Positions 39,700 through 53,028 of a DNA stretch of 64,000 nt are shown here, in pieces. Source of the stretch: Octopus sinensis (Eukaryota); assembly GCF_006345805.1 (NCBI RefSeq), contig NC_043013.1, positions 56,110,001-56,174,000 on the forward strand, read 5' to 3'. A program made the position numbers and the translations under genes. Below the pieces are notes generated by a model. That model saw nothing but the letters and a program-made list of their open reading frames with translations, did no database searches and was not told the DNA's origin. Numbering within the stretch: the stretch's first letter is position 1; the number at the start of each line of letters is the position of its first letter.

Positions 39700-40680
39700 A
39701 TTATTGCCTTGCATCCTATATTCTTTTACTCTTCACCAGTTCACATAAGTGAAACAAACTTAGAAAGGTATTTCGGTGCTTATGTACAGGAATAACTTTT
39801 TGTACCAAAACTTTCTCAACCCGTATTTAATACAACAGTATTAGCAAAATAATCAAATAAGTTTGTTTTCTCTAAATTTCTTATCCAGCACAAATAAGGA
39901 TGCTGTAAACATTTTTCTTATGGCCTTCTTTATAATTAATTAGTGTTAATTAAGTGTATTGCAGCAAATTCGACTTAAAGCAGACATTATTAAAATTATT
40001 TAAACACTGTACCATTCTTGAACTTATATTTCTATGGAGATACAAGAGGAACCTCTTCAGAGCAGGTTTCGGCAACTTCTCAGTAGATGTAAAAGCCACC
40101 CATTTAGCGCCTTGCGGAGTTAGTGATGTTTAAAAAAAAAGAGAGAGAAATCTCATCATATGTTACTATGGCAATCCCATCATATGTTACCAGACCAGTT
40201 GGAACTGGTAACATATGATGTGATTAATTTTCTGTTTAAATCTCTGTCGACATCTGAGAGTAAAATGCTGATAGGGAGAGAATTCCTGTAGAGAAAGCGT
40301 TTAGTAGTGGGTTTATCAGCTAAATCACAGAGAGACCAAAAAGACTGGAGCTGGGTGCAACAGGTGGTTCTTTTGCTGTGGTGGAATGCAATTTTATTCA
40401 GAAGAGAAGAGATCAATAAAGAAGAAACTTACGAAACAGCATGGTTGTGTCACTTGTTGCAATATGTGAGGGAAGAAAAGTAAAAGATAGTCGATAAAAA
40501 ATCAGTTGGAATGATGGAAGATGTGCTCGATAACTTTTTAAGTATTTATTCAGGATCTGTGAAACAAACTTATTAAGACATTTCTTTATTGCTGAATAAC
40601 CTTCAACAGCAATTTCTCTCTGTTCTGTTTGACTTGGGATTAAATAACAACTTACACTGTCAATATTTAAATTCATTTTT
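39700..40680 (-). mobile_element. Possible degraded hAT (GTF2IRD2/SPIN-like) transposase remnant
   Basis: KIAFHHSKRTTCC resembles HCIIHQE.LC, and KYLSKFVSLM lies at the expected position of STYLCEQ.FS.M. Similarity is weak and interrupted by stops. Confidence 0.35.
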
Positions 40681-40899
40681 AGCTTTTAATTTATAATATA
40701 TTTATTATAAATTAAAGGATGAAAAAAACTTTGTTTTTTTTATCCTTAGACACTACATTGACAGTTATCGGCTTTCACTTGTGTAATTCATACAGTTAAA
40801 CTGTATATCACTAAATATACCAAATATATTTCAGATGATTCTGCGAATGGTAATGACGAGGGTTATGAAACAAATCGTTTATTAAAATCTGACACCACC

Positions 40900-41620
40900 A
40901 TTATCAACTGGTTCCATTTTAGAAATACAGGTGTTAACTGCAACATGCATAACTGATTTATTCATGGCAAAAAGCAAATCTGAGAGGAACAAGATATTCT
41001 ATGAGTATTTATATAAGCCCCAACTTCATTTACAAAGTGATGACAGTAAGGTTTGTTTCAGTCTCTCTCCAAATGACAGCTGCTGCCCTTTATATTCAAT
41101 ACTGCTACATCAAAAGAATGTGACTCATGCCCACATTGCTTCCATTTTGCTGGATTGGAGTCATTCGAAAACATGAAATAATCAAAAATGAAAGTTTTCC
41201 CTTCTCTCTGCCTTACTGGGGGCTTTTGCCCCTGATAGCCAATAATCAACTGTTATCTCGCACGTTCGGATGCCTCTACTACTCAACTACTCTACTCTGC
41301 TGTGCTCCTGATGTCTAGGCTTCTCCCTCTATATCTACGTATTGGGCTAGCCTACTTCATCATCTGGGGGCGTCCACACAACATCAACCCTGCAGAGAAA
41401 ACATTCAGGTGCTTAGATGAAGGCCTTCCTAGTTGCTAATACTGGAATAAATTATGAATGGTGGTCACATTGAGAATGGGCCCTGGTATTTTTTTGTTCC
41501 ATGCAAATTTCATTGAGGAAAATCCCTGGATTACTTGGAATTTCATGGACTTTCCTACCACTTAAACTCTGGTAGAGCTCCAAAATATTTAGGCAAAAAA
41601 AGACAATAAAATAGGTATTT
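40900..41620 (+). mobile_element. Degraded DIRS-like RT remnant
   Basis: Ordered motifs DLFMAKSKSERNKIF..LYKPQLHLQSD (LFSVPKKD...VILDLS.LN..I.CD), LAYFIIWG (LAYLDDWIIW), GLLGISW (WLGI.W). Confidence 0.5.
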
Positions 41621-42840
41621 GCCTCACTCAATATTGCATCTGTTCTAGAATTGGTTGGTTTGTCTCATATTGCAAAAAAATAAAAAATTAAAAAAAAGCA
41701 AAAATTAATAATGATGATGATGATGATGATAAATAAAGTCAAAAGATAGTATCACTTTGTATCTTTGGAGGTGATGTGTTTTTTTCCCACTTTATCTGCA
41801 GAACGAGCAAACATTTTCAAATATTCAGATTATCTCCTAACAATTATCATTTTTCATTCTTTTACTTTTGAAACCAGTGGTGTTTGTGGTCCTGTAACAG
41901 AATCACATTTGTCTGACATTGGTTTAAAGTTATTGCAATACCAGGGAAACAACAAGAAGATACATAGCCCCACAAGAGAAACATGCTAACCATTGTATGA
42001 AGCAATGTTGACAGTGTCCTTTCTTGTCCTCACTAATCTATTTTATAAGTGAATTGTTTTTTCCCCTTTATTGCTTTCTCCATATATTTTACACAAACTG
42101 TCAGTATTTGAGACCAATGGGATGTAAGACATTGTGAATAATTCAACATTGTAATGCCAGTAAATGGTTATATATCAATATACTCAACAAACAATCCGAT
42201 GCTTAGTTGCTTAGCTGGAACTCATTCAAAGCAGCAGCAGCATCACTGACTCCAAAGTTGTAGAAAACATACAGATTGGGAAATAATCTACACTCCAAAA
42301 ACAAGAGATACCACATACATATACACCTGCTTGGGAAATACAGAAACAATACAAGGAGTGGATATTTCCTTGTAGCTACTTTCTGGTTGTTGATCAAGCA
42401 AAATAAACAATGATTCGATTTTATTGTCTACAGGCAATGTTTACCAATTCTTGTATCCAACTCATGCCAGCCTGGAAAACACGTTAAATGATGAAGTCAG
42501 AGATAATAATTCAGTAAATTTTAGAGTATATAACCTTTCCTTTTTTGGACTTTTCCAAAATACATGTTAATATTTTTCCCAAATATTTAAAATAAAATTA
42601 TATGTTTTAAACGTAGAAGTTTCTGATGATTCTGATTCTGTGTGGAAAAAATATTCACAAATCCAATTGTTTATTGGAAATGTTTGTTATGAAATATAAA
42701 AAGGCATAAAAGATTCTCTTAGGATTTATATTTTTATCACATGAAACTAAGGCAATATTGTGGCTGTGGAAATAGAAAAAGAAAAGAAATTTGTAACTCT
42801 GGACTGAAGATTTATCATTAAATGTTTATAGTCTTTAAAA

Positions 42841-43085
42841 CAGTGGATTCTCAACCATTTTTTGCCTACAGATGCCTTTTGAATCCTGCTGGATTCTCAT
42901 ATGTTTAAAACAAACCTTTTATTATTTTATAATTAAATATAATGACAGATTGTATTTTTTTAAACATTGTTAAAACATTTTGTGTATTGTACAAATATAA
43001 CCAATTTATTGCACATTAAGTTTAGCAACAAAACCTCATGTGCACCCCCAAGGGTCATGTAGACCCCAATTGAGAACTTCCACTG
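42841..43085. mobile_element. hAT-type MITE
   Basis: Termini CAGTGGATTCTCAA ... TTGAGAACTTCCACTG; no TSD recognisable. Confidence 0.5.
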
Positions 43086-44624
43086 GTTTGGAAAGGCATT
43101 TCATTAAATATATTAAATATGCTAATTTTCTCTTAGAAAATTGAATATCAATTAAAACCAATGAACAACAATAACTTTTGCCGAGGAAGGAAATGAAAAA
43201 AATTATAATAATAATAAAATAAAACACTATATAAAAAATACAAGATGGGGCAAAGAAGATTAACTGAGGTCCTTTATTTTTCTAGGAATAGCAGCTGAAT
43301 CTGCCTCAAATCTCACACTCTACTGTCCTAAATAAAGCAAGATACACATCTGTAAGAAAGAAAATAAAAAATAAAAGACAGGTGTGTCTCAGAACACATC
43401 TGTTACTTATTGTCTGTTCCTGTTCCTTATTGTCACATCCCAAGTGAGGAGGGAAATGGCAATATTTTTGCCTTGTCGTTAGGATCCAGAAGTACTGAAC
43501 TCAAATTTTTAAGAGCTGGATGGGGACAAAACAGGCTTGTGGACAACAAGGAGAAAGTTGGAATGATAACATTAGGGACACAAGGAGGTTGACCCTAACA
43601 AAGTGAACAGCTACAACATAAGATCCCAGGGTGCGGCAAAGAAAGGGAGTTGCTTTCAAACCCTTCAAACTTCTCATTTATTGAAAAGCCTAACGTTATT
43701 AAATGCACAACAGAAGAAAGTAACAATTTGGGTTATAAATATTTTAAGTCAATACAAAAGTTTTACTGAAATCCCTTCGAATATAGAATTTTATTCATTG
43801 TAATGCTTGCAGACATACCAATTCAAAGGCACAGCCAGGTTCGAAAGTTAATGGAAGCAGGAACATGAAAAACGGCACTGTGACACACACCAAACAATTT
43901 TAAACTCATTTCACTTATATTACATGAAATATTTCATTAGTTCTAATATACGTAATTGTATTCTACACTCATTAATTTCTTGTTTCAATAACTATGTCAT
44001 AATGTTCAAAACCTACAACAACTGATTTAGTTGTGACATGAAAAAGATGAAACTCCACAGGATCATCCCATGTCAAAAGGTTATGACGTCACGGTTTGTT
44101 CTTCAGATGTCAGCAGCCACCAACATTGTACAGGAGATTGAGTTCACAGTTAAAAAAAACAAAAAACACGGGAGGTTGATCAAATAAAGTGATGACTCCA
44201 GAAAGTTCTTCTAAGGCCATTTGATTAATGAAAAAACAAAGAGATTTGACTTTTATTGAACAAGTAAAATACCAAGTTAAAAAACAAATTGTTGAAAAGG
44301 TGCCAAGTTTGAAAAATGTGCTCGGTGGGAATGGTCGTACCCCTTGCTCCCTATTAGCTATGTGACTGATAGTATGTGTTTGTGTAAAGATATACTTAGG
44401 AACAACTAGATCCTGAGTTTTATCAAATAATAAGAAAATCTTTAAACCATTAATTATGATTAAAATACAACTATTTCAGTCATACTTGGAAGAATAGTGT
44501 ACCAGGTTATTGTCAGAGATCAGAAGTTGTAAATTTTTCAACTCTTTGAGGAAATTAAAAAGAAGAAAATACTTAAACCAAGTAGATAAATATTCTAGCC
44601 TTCAGTGGGACTTGTGTATGTATG

Positions 44625-45225
<601 letters not shown>

Positions 45226-46571
45226 AATATTTGTATATTACACACACTCATATAATCATTCATTGTATATGCATACATATAATTTTAATAGTATAGCCGT
45301 AATCCCAAAAATCGTATCACACATAATCTTCCATGGTAATATCGATGTTGATATATCATTATCGTCTGTTTCTTCTAAATACCGTATCAGCATAATGCCA
45401 GATAAAGACACCGACATATAAGAATGACATTCACACACACACTACAAGTAGTTGTAGAAAACCACTATAAGCTATAATCTATAGTTTAATGTCACTTTAT
45501 CTTGTTCTATTATGTAAGACATTTACACTGCCATTACAAAAGTTGAGAAACGACACACACGTAATGACGATTAAAATTTCACTGAAATATCAACAATGCC
45601 TACAAAATATCCTTTAACAACAAACTACTATCAAAATTTATCCATTTTAAAGTGATACAGTTCACTCATAATTGAAAAATTGAGAAAAATTTCCTCAAAT
45701 TTTTGATGTTACATTTTACGTTTGCGTTGCTTTCATAAATATTAAAACAGTGTCGTTTTATAAGACTACAGAGTCAATGTCCTGTGTGTTATTGATATAT
45801 ATATTCAGATTTTATAGCAAAATTTCAAGCAGTCGAACTTCTTTTTTATATTTATGTTAATGACGGATTTCTCTGTGAACAAAAGGCAAGTTACAGATTT
45901 GGTGGCGATAAATCTAGAAACCTAGAAATAAATGTAAATAAATTTTGTTTATCTTCTCATTGACGCAGGTTACTTTATGTTTATCTACCTCGGATATATA
46001 TCGATATTTTCTTTTAATCAAGCCTCACATTTTGTGGTTCTACATTCAATCCATTCACCCAGATCACTTCCTTATGTCCACCTCCCTGTAACTTGTGTTT
46101 ATGCCCTAACACCTCTTCGACAGTCTCTTCTTTTTCAACTGAAGTAGCCGTGTATCTCCTCTACAACAAGATACTTCTTTCTCATTTTCCATCATATCTC
46201 TAACCCCTCGTCCCGCGATGGAAAGTCACCCTTCTCAATACTATGCTCCGTTCAGCTGGTGGGGGTTTTGTCTTGCAAAGCTACCGAGTGACCTCACTGA
46301 TGCCAGTGTCACGTAAAAAAGGCATCCAGTACATTCTAGGAAGTGGCTGTCTTTAGCAATGGCACCAAAGTATAGAAACTTTTCCAAGGCAGATGCTGAG
46401 ACTTGGTGCACTTCTCTGGTTAGTAAGGTTGTGTCAAACCATGCAACACATTTGGGCCCAAATGTCAGCATGGAATAAGCATGTTAAAAGATGGGGATGA
46501 TGATGTTGACGGGATACATACATATATGCCTGCGTGTGTGTATGTATATATATGTATATATATACATACAT

Positions 46572-46662
<91 letters not shown>

Positions 46663-46750
46663 TGTATGTATGTATGTATGTATGTATACAAGCACCTCTA
46701 AATGGACTTGACATAAACGTTCAATTTACAATAGAATATACAACTTATAT

Positions 46751-47528
46751 GATGGCTGCCCCTCGTTATCGAGTATGGCCATTGCACGAAGCTTAACTGT
46801 TATTGGTGCTGTAATCGAATGTGACTTTTTAGCCCAGCTAAAGATCTACAATGTCTTGTACAGAATTGGTAGCTAAACCCTTTACTGGTAATAGCCGGCT
46901 GTAGTTGTAACCGGGTTTCATGTACCTTTGCATGTTGTTTAAGTCCTCCTGCCGAATTACACTCTCTTCCACATGCCTGACATATATTACTAGTATGGCG
47001 TGTAACACCACCACCAGTGGCCAGGTTGTCACGCATCTGTCTCGCTTTATGACTACGAAGATGACTCATGAGTCCAGCTTTACTGAGGCAGGGTCTTGCA
47101 CAGACATTGCATGTCAGCATCATAGGAAGACCCTTCCCATCTGGAAGCGTAACAGCGATGCTCTTCCTGACATCCCTCCTTACTTTCTCATGCGCAACTC
47201 GAGATTTCTCAAAAGTAGCTATCCCCTCGTGCACAATCCTTCTCCACCTGCTACGGTCAGTAGCTATGCCCTCCCATGTGTCAGGAGAGATGCAAGCATC
47301 TCTTAATGAAGCCTTCAGCAAGTCCTTATGCCTCTTGTTTGGTTTATGTGAGTGTTGTTCTCCTTTAGCTAACTCTCCATAACAGAGTTGTTTTGGCATC
47401 CTTGAATCCTTCATCCTGATCAGATGACCACTCCATCTGAGCCTTTGCTTTAACGCAAGAGCTTCTGTACTTTCGCAAGGAGAGCCTTCTAATATTTCAA
47501 GATCACTTATATATTTCAATATTTCAAG
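46751..47528 (-). mobile_element. 5'-truncated RTE (BovB-like) LINE with three C-terminal C2H2-type zinc fingers
   Basis: Open frame 46800-47510: [24 protein letters not shown]...DRSRWR, then CNVCARPCLSKAGLMSHLRSH, CQACGRECNSAGGLKQHAKVH and YQFCTRHCRSLAGLKSHIRLQH (first Cys lost). 13-bp TSD ATACAACTTATAT at 46738-46750 and 47529-47541. Confidence 0.9.
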
Positions 47529-47541
47529 ATACAACTTATAT

Positions 47542-47755
<214 letters not shown>

Positions 47756-48088
47756 GAAAAATATCATAGGTATAAATATACCATAAACAATTATAGAAAA
47801 ATGAAAGAGAAAAAGAGATGTTGAATCAAAATGAAACTTCATACAAAATAGGATTCAATAGCCGTATTAAGTCTGATTTTGTTTCAACATCTTTTTTCTC
47901 CTCCATTTTCCTATAATTCTTTATGGTATTTTTATATCTATAATGATATTTTTCAACTACTAATTTCATATTCTTATTACTTGCTCTGGCTGTTTATGAA
48001 TATGATGAATCTTTATTAGAAATCATCCAACCTCTCTTTTTGGACCTCTCAAAAATTTTGAATTGTTCTCTTTTGAACTTATTTTTTT

Positions 48089-48134
<46 letters not shown>

Positions 48135-48137
<3 letters not shown>

Positions 48138-48982
48138 CTCACCATTTTTTTTCGCATGTGCATCGTTTCTTTTTGATATCTCTTGGCTACACGGTATAGT
48201 GGGGTCAGTTGGGCACCGTCTGTGAGAAAAACAGCACCATGATGCAATTCACTCTACCAGAAATTTGGAAACGACATGCTAAACTGCTTGGCACCAGCGC
48301 CGGAAGCTCCAATACGAACATTTCAGAGTGTTTGGGTGTCAATCTGAGGACATGTAATGAGAGTGATAAAAATCAAACATCCAGTCAACATCATTGTGTT
48401 TGGAGTGATCACTAATGATGATGACATTATGCCTCTATTCGGCTTCCCACATGGCCTCAGACACAACACGGAGGCTTACACCAAGTACCTGGAGGAGGTA
48501 GTGCTGCCCTGGGTCAAGAGGGTGGATGCTGGAAGACCCTATGTCTGGCAATAGGACTCTGCACTATGTCACACAAGCAGGAGAAGCCAGTCATGACCGT
48601 CAAACAATTTCTACAACCATATCACCCGTAACATCTAGTCACCTAACTCCCCAGACTGCAACCCCCGTGATTATTATGTGTTGGGCACACTTGAATGAGA
48701 GACCAACAAAACTCCTTGCAACACCAAAGACAAATCGAAGGCAAGGATTATGGCAGCCATTCACCAACTTGTATAAGGAAACTTTCCAAAAGAGTTGCAG
48801 GAGATTCCGAAGTCATCAGGAGGCCGTGGTTGAAACCAATGGCAATTTTATTGAATAAAAGTACTCTTTCGTATTTCAAGATATTTTTTATGTAATTTTG
48901 GTAAATATCTCTGTTAAAATGAGTTGTTGGGTGTTATATTCATTTTTGCGTAATTCAGACAACAATTTATTCAACACACCCT
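48135..48982 (+). mobile_element. Internally deleted Tc1/mariner element of the DD37D (maT) type
   Basis: IKHPVNIIVFGVITNDDDIMP...YTKYLEEVVLPW...YVWQ*DSALCH...SPNSPDCNP.DY, ending ...VVETNGNFIE. The N-terminal HTH is fused directly to the catalytic region. Right TIR-like end ...TTTATTCAACACACCCT. Confidence 0.8.
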
Positions 48983-49002
48983 CTGTGTGTGTGTGTGTGT
49001 GT

Positions 49003-49035
<33 letters not shown>

Positions 49036-50170
49036 ATACACATATACATGTATATATATATATAATGGTATTGCTGTAATCGTAAAACCCACAGCAAACA
49101 GTCTTCCATGACAATACTATTATTGTCTACTTCTTATTTTCCCTAATCGACATATTCGGTACCATCTATAAACGATATGCCCAAACAAAGAATATCAACT
49201 TGAGACATTAAACCTTGTGGAAATCTAATATATGACACTTTTGAACAGTTATTTTTGTTCTTTTTAAACCAACAGTACTTGAATTATAGGCAACGGTATA
49301 TTTCTGAATGAGTATCAAAAATAGTCTTTTATTTGTACATTGATAATGCAGATAAATATTTCCTGCTGTAGCAATGTTATGGGAAATATACAAGGGTATT
49401 GTTTGTTTCTGTTGTGTAAATGGGATAATTTATAATGTAATGTTAACAGATATATGGTCATCATACGAATAAATTATTTAAATGCACACAAATTCACGGA
49501 CAAAATGCTGTAGAGGCTATGCCAAAGCAGATAAAATCTACCGTGCAAATAGAGTGAAATGTGAGCAAAATTTGATCTGACATAATGGACAGTCAAAAGC
49601 AGTGGAAGGGAGAGAGAGAGAGAGAGAGAGAGATGTTTTGAGCGAATGATATCAAAATGTGAAAGAGTGAAGTAATAGATATTCATGTGCCATTATAAGA
49701 ATATTGTTTTGATTTGCTGAATCTGGATGAAGGAACAGTGCCATGACCTTCGCAAGGTCACTGAAACTAATGAGCTTGATGCCATTAATGCTCTGTTTAA
49801 ACTGTTTCAATTGAAAACCTGCAGGAAAAACATGAGCAAGGGAAGATTCCAGAGGGGTGGTTGTGTGGGGAGGAAGGAGTGGGTATAGGGATTAGTATGT
49901 GGCTGGAGTGAAGGGAGGGTACCACAAAAAGGAAGAGAAGTGGAGAGCTGAAAGGGTTTGGGGTAATTCTGAATACGAAGATTATCAAAATAACGATGAA
50001 TACATAAATAAGAGTATTGAGAAGAGATCGATAGAAAAGGCAAAATGTTGACTCATAAAAGTATATTTCCAAATACGATCATTTGAATTAGTGGGTTTTT
50101 GCTTTTTTTTTTCTTTTTCACTGAAAGGATTGGAATGAAAATTCAACGTTTGACTAAATCGACCAATGTA

Positions 50171-50779
50171 CAGGGTGTTCAGAAAGTCTCTCTGCAATGA
50201 ACTATTTTGATCCAGCATGTATTTCGAAACATGTTGAAGAGTCAACTTATGTATCGAAAATGAAGGACGACACTTTCAACACCTCTTATAAAGTAGAAAA
50301 TTACTTTTTTAATCTCACAGCGAGAGATATTTAGCAACAATACTTTGTAGTAAAGATTGTTTGCCAACATAACATGGCAGTCCTGGTTTAGGACGAATGT
50401 TGCTGTAATTTAGCCCCAGGAGATATCCTCTCCATCTGGCTATACAACACGATCTGTGCACCCCCACTCAGCTCAAAACAATATCTGTGTATCGTGATAT
50501 TGTTTTGAGCTGAGTGTGGGTGCTAGATTCCCTTGTTCGAAAATATAAGGACACAGATCGTGTCGTATAGCCAGCTCGAGACAATGTCTTCTGGGCTAAA
50601 TTACAGCAACATTCGTCCTAAGCCAGGATTGCCATGTTATGTTGGCAAACAATCTTTACACCTCTTATAAAGTTTTTTAAAGTCTTGGAAAGTCTAATAT
50701 ATTCTCTTGTAGTCTTATGCCATCTTATATTTATTCTGCAATAAAATACTTACTGCAGAGAGACTTTTTGAACACCCTG
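50171..50779. mobile_element. Tc1/mariner-type MITE with nested palindromic MITE
   Basis: TA-CAGGGTGTTCAGAAAGTCTCTCTGCA ... TGCAGAGAGACTTTTTGAACACCCTG-TA. Nested element 50350-50659 has ~100-bp TIRs GTAAAGATTGTTTGCCAACATAACATGGCA... Confidence 0.8.
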
Positions 50780-50841
50780 TATTTACTCAGAAAAAAAAAA
50801 TGAGAAAAATACTGTCATCGTCGTCGTCGTCGTCATCATTG

Positions 50842-50878
<37 letters not shown>

Positions 50879-51693
50879 TATTGTTATTATTATTTTTGTT
50901 ATTTTGTCAGTTAGAAGAGTGAACAACAAAATAGGTTGGGTTGTGAAAATTCTTTGTTGTAATTGCGTTCTGAGTTCAAAATAGCACCGAAACCAGCATT
51001 GCCTTTCATCCTTGAAGAATCGATAAAATAAAGAACCAGTCAAATATTGGAATGGATTTAATCAATTATATTCTGCCTCAGATTTTGTGGCCTTACGTAA
51101 ATAAACTGTCAGAAATTTAATATTGCTTTCTCTATACATTTCGTATCTGTTGAATAACAATAAGTGTGTAAAATATTTAAATTAGGAAATAATACTGCAG
51201 TTATGTTAATGTAAATCACTTTTACTGACAAATACACGCAACCAGAAATTACTTTTCCACATTTTTATTCACATGTTTTCCATGGATTTTTGTGATTAAC
51301 ATAGCAATTTCATCATTAATCACAATGGTAATGATTTCCCCTTTTATGTCGATATTGGTTATTGATTTCTGTTTCCTGTTTATAAACACAAAATAGTTTG
51401 GTAAATTTCACAAAGGCCTTACTAACGCATATTCTGAAACGTGTTCTCTTCTGTTTTACATACTTCCAGATCAGCCTTGATTCTACAAACTTATGACCAA
51501 GTATGTTCCACCAGTGACCATCACATCTTATTTTTACATAACAAAGGCTACATTGCCCAGTGTGATCTTATACCTTATGAAGGTCACAATGTTATTTGAG
51601 GCAAATTAGCTGTTATTTGCTGCAAATTGAGTGACTACGTAAAAAAACAACATCATAACTCATAAAATATTATATTACTCTTGTACAAGACCA

Positions 51694-52365
51694 GGGATCT
51701 TTTCGGTTTGAACGGCAGTTTTTAACATAATTTCCACGTAACTAAACACTTTTAAACTTCGTATACCGGTAGAATGAGTTTATAAAACATCTTGCCTTTA
51801 TTGAGAAAATTCTATAGTTTGTAAGATATTTGTTGTTTTTTTCTTCAATTTCTGCCATTTCAACCAATAAATGACATATATTGAGGTGAAAACATTCTGT
51901 GCCGAATGAATATGTCCCTCATTTAAGAAACAGATTGGGTTTATTTACATTTCTGAGGAAAAAAAGATACCCTTTCCCCCACCCCTAACCTTAACTAACC
52001 CTAACCCTAAAACAGATTGAAATGCAATAGATTGATACTAGGGTCATAATTATGGGTGACAATTTCATATGACACCGCTAGAAAAACTGCCGTTCAAACC
52101 GAAAAGATCCCCCAATCTGTTTCTTAAACGAGGGACATATTCATATGGCACAGAATGTATTTTTTACGTCAATAGAGGTCATTGATTTGTTGAAATTGCA
52201 GAAATTGAAGAAAAACAACAAATATCTTACAAACTATAGAATTTTCTCAATAAAGCCAAGAGAAAAAGATGTTTTAAAAACACATTCTACCAGTATATGA
52301 AGTTTAAAACTTTTTAGTTACCTAGAAATTATGTTAAAAACTGCCGTTCAAACCGAAAAGATCCC
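51694..52365. mobile_element. Foldback-type non-autonomous DNA transposon with ~250-bp TIRs and internal CCCTAA repeats
   Basis: Termini GGGATCTTTTCGGTTTGAACGGCAGTTTTT / AAAAACTGCCGTTCAAACCGAAAAGATCCC. 7-bp TSD AAGACCA (51687-51693, 52366-52372). An internal extra right end at about 52083-52111. CCCTAA-like run at 51983-52010. Confidence 0.85.
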
Positions 52366-52434
52366 AAGACCAGTCAAAATAATATTCTTCCGTTATTGAA
52401 TACTTTCGTTCTTTAAATAATGCTATTATCAAGA

Positions 52435-52826
52435 TTAGCAGTATCGCCCGGCGTTACTCGGGTTTGTTTTGACCCTTTAGAATTGGAATTTTTGAAAAAT
52501 AAAAATTTTGAATTATGTCGCTTGTTATTCTCTTTAAGTGAACATTTTTCTGGTTGAAATACACCGAAAAATGGCGACACAACAGTCAAAAAATCGGAAA
52601 AATTGGGATTTTCATAGAAAAAAAGCATGCTTTTGATGTAAATAATTTTTGGTGTTAACATGGTCCGATTTGAAGTTTTTCTTCTACGGAAGGAAGAGCA
52701 AGCCTTCTTCTATCATACTCTCAATTTTGGTTAACTTGCGCCGCAGGGTCTCGGAGGAGATAGTGTTAGTTGAAGGCTACCAAACCTGCCATACACAGAC
52801 AACTTCAGCTTTATATAGAGAGAGAT
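52435..52826 (-). mobile_element. Non-autonomous Helitron-like element
   Basis: The minus strand starts ATCTCTCTCTATATAAAGCTG and ends ...CCCGAGTAACGCCGGGCGATACTGCTAA (hairpin plus CTAA). Its 5' end resembles that of the element at 6226. Confidence 0.6.
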
Positions 52827-53028
52827 TTGCTTGTCGGTCGTACATATCTCTCTATAAACAGAAACAATGCCACAAGTCTTGGAGGACCTGCAAAAACCAT
52901 AGGCTCAACTCCTCCCTTCAGGCTCACCAAATAAAACATATAGCCCCGATTTTCTGTGTTGCTGACGCAATATGTCGTCTGTTTTCCGATCTGATCACGT
53001 AACCTGTCATTTCCTTAGTCACAAGATA

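Noticed and set aside
51983-52010. Telomere or chromosome-fusion site
   Set aside because: Only 3-4 degenerate CCCTAA units, embedded in the same position in two copies of a transposon.
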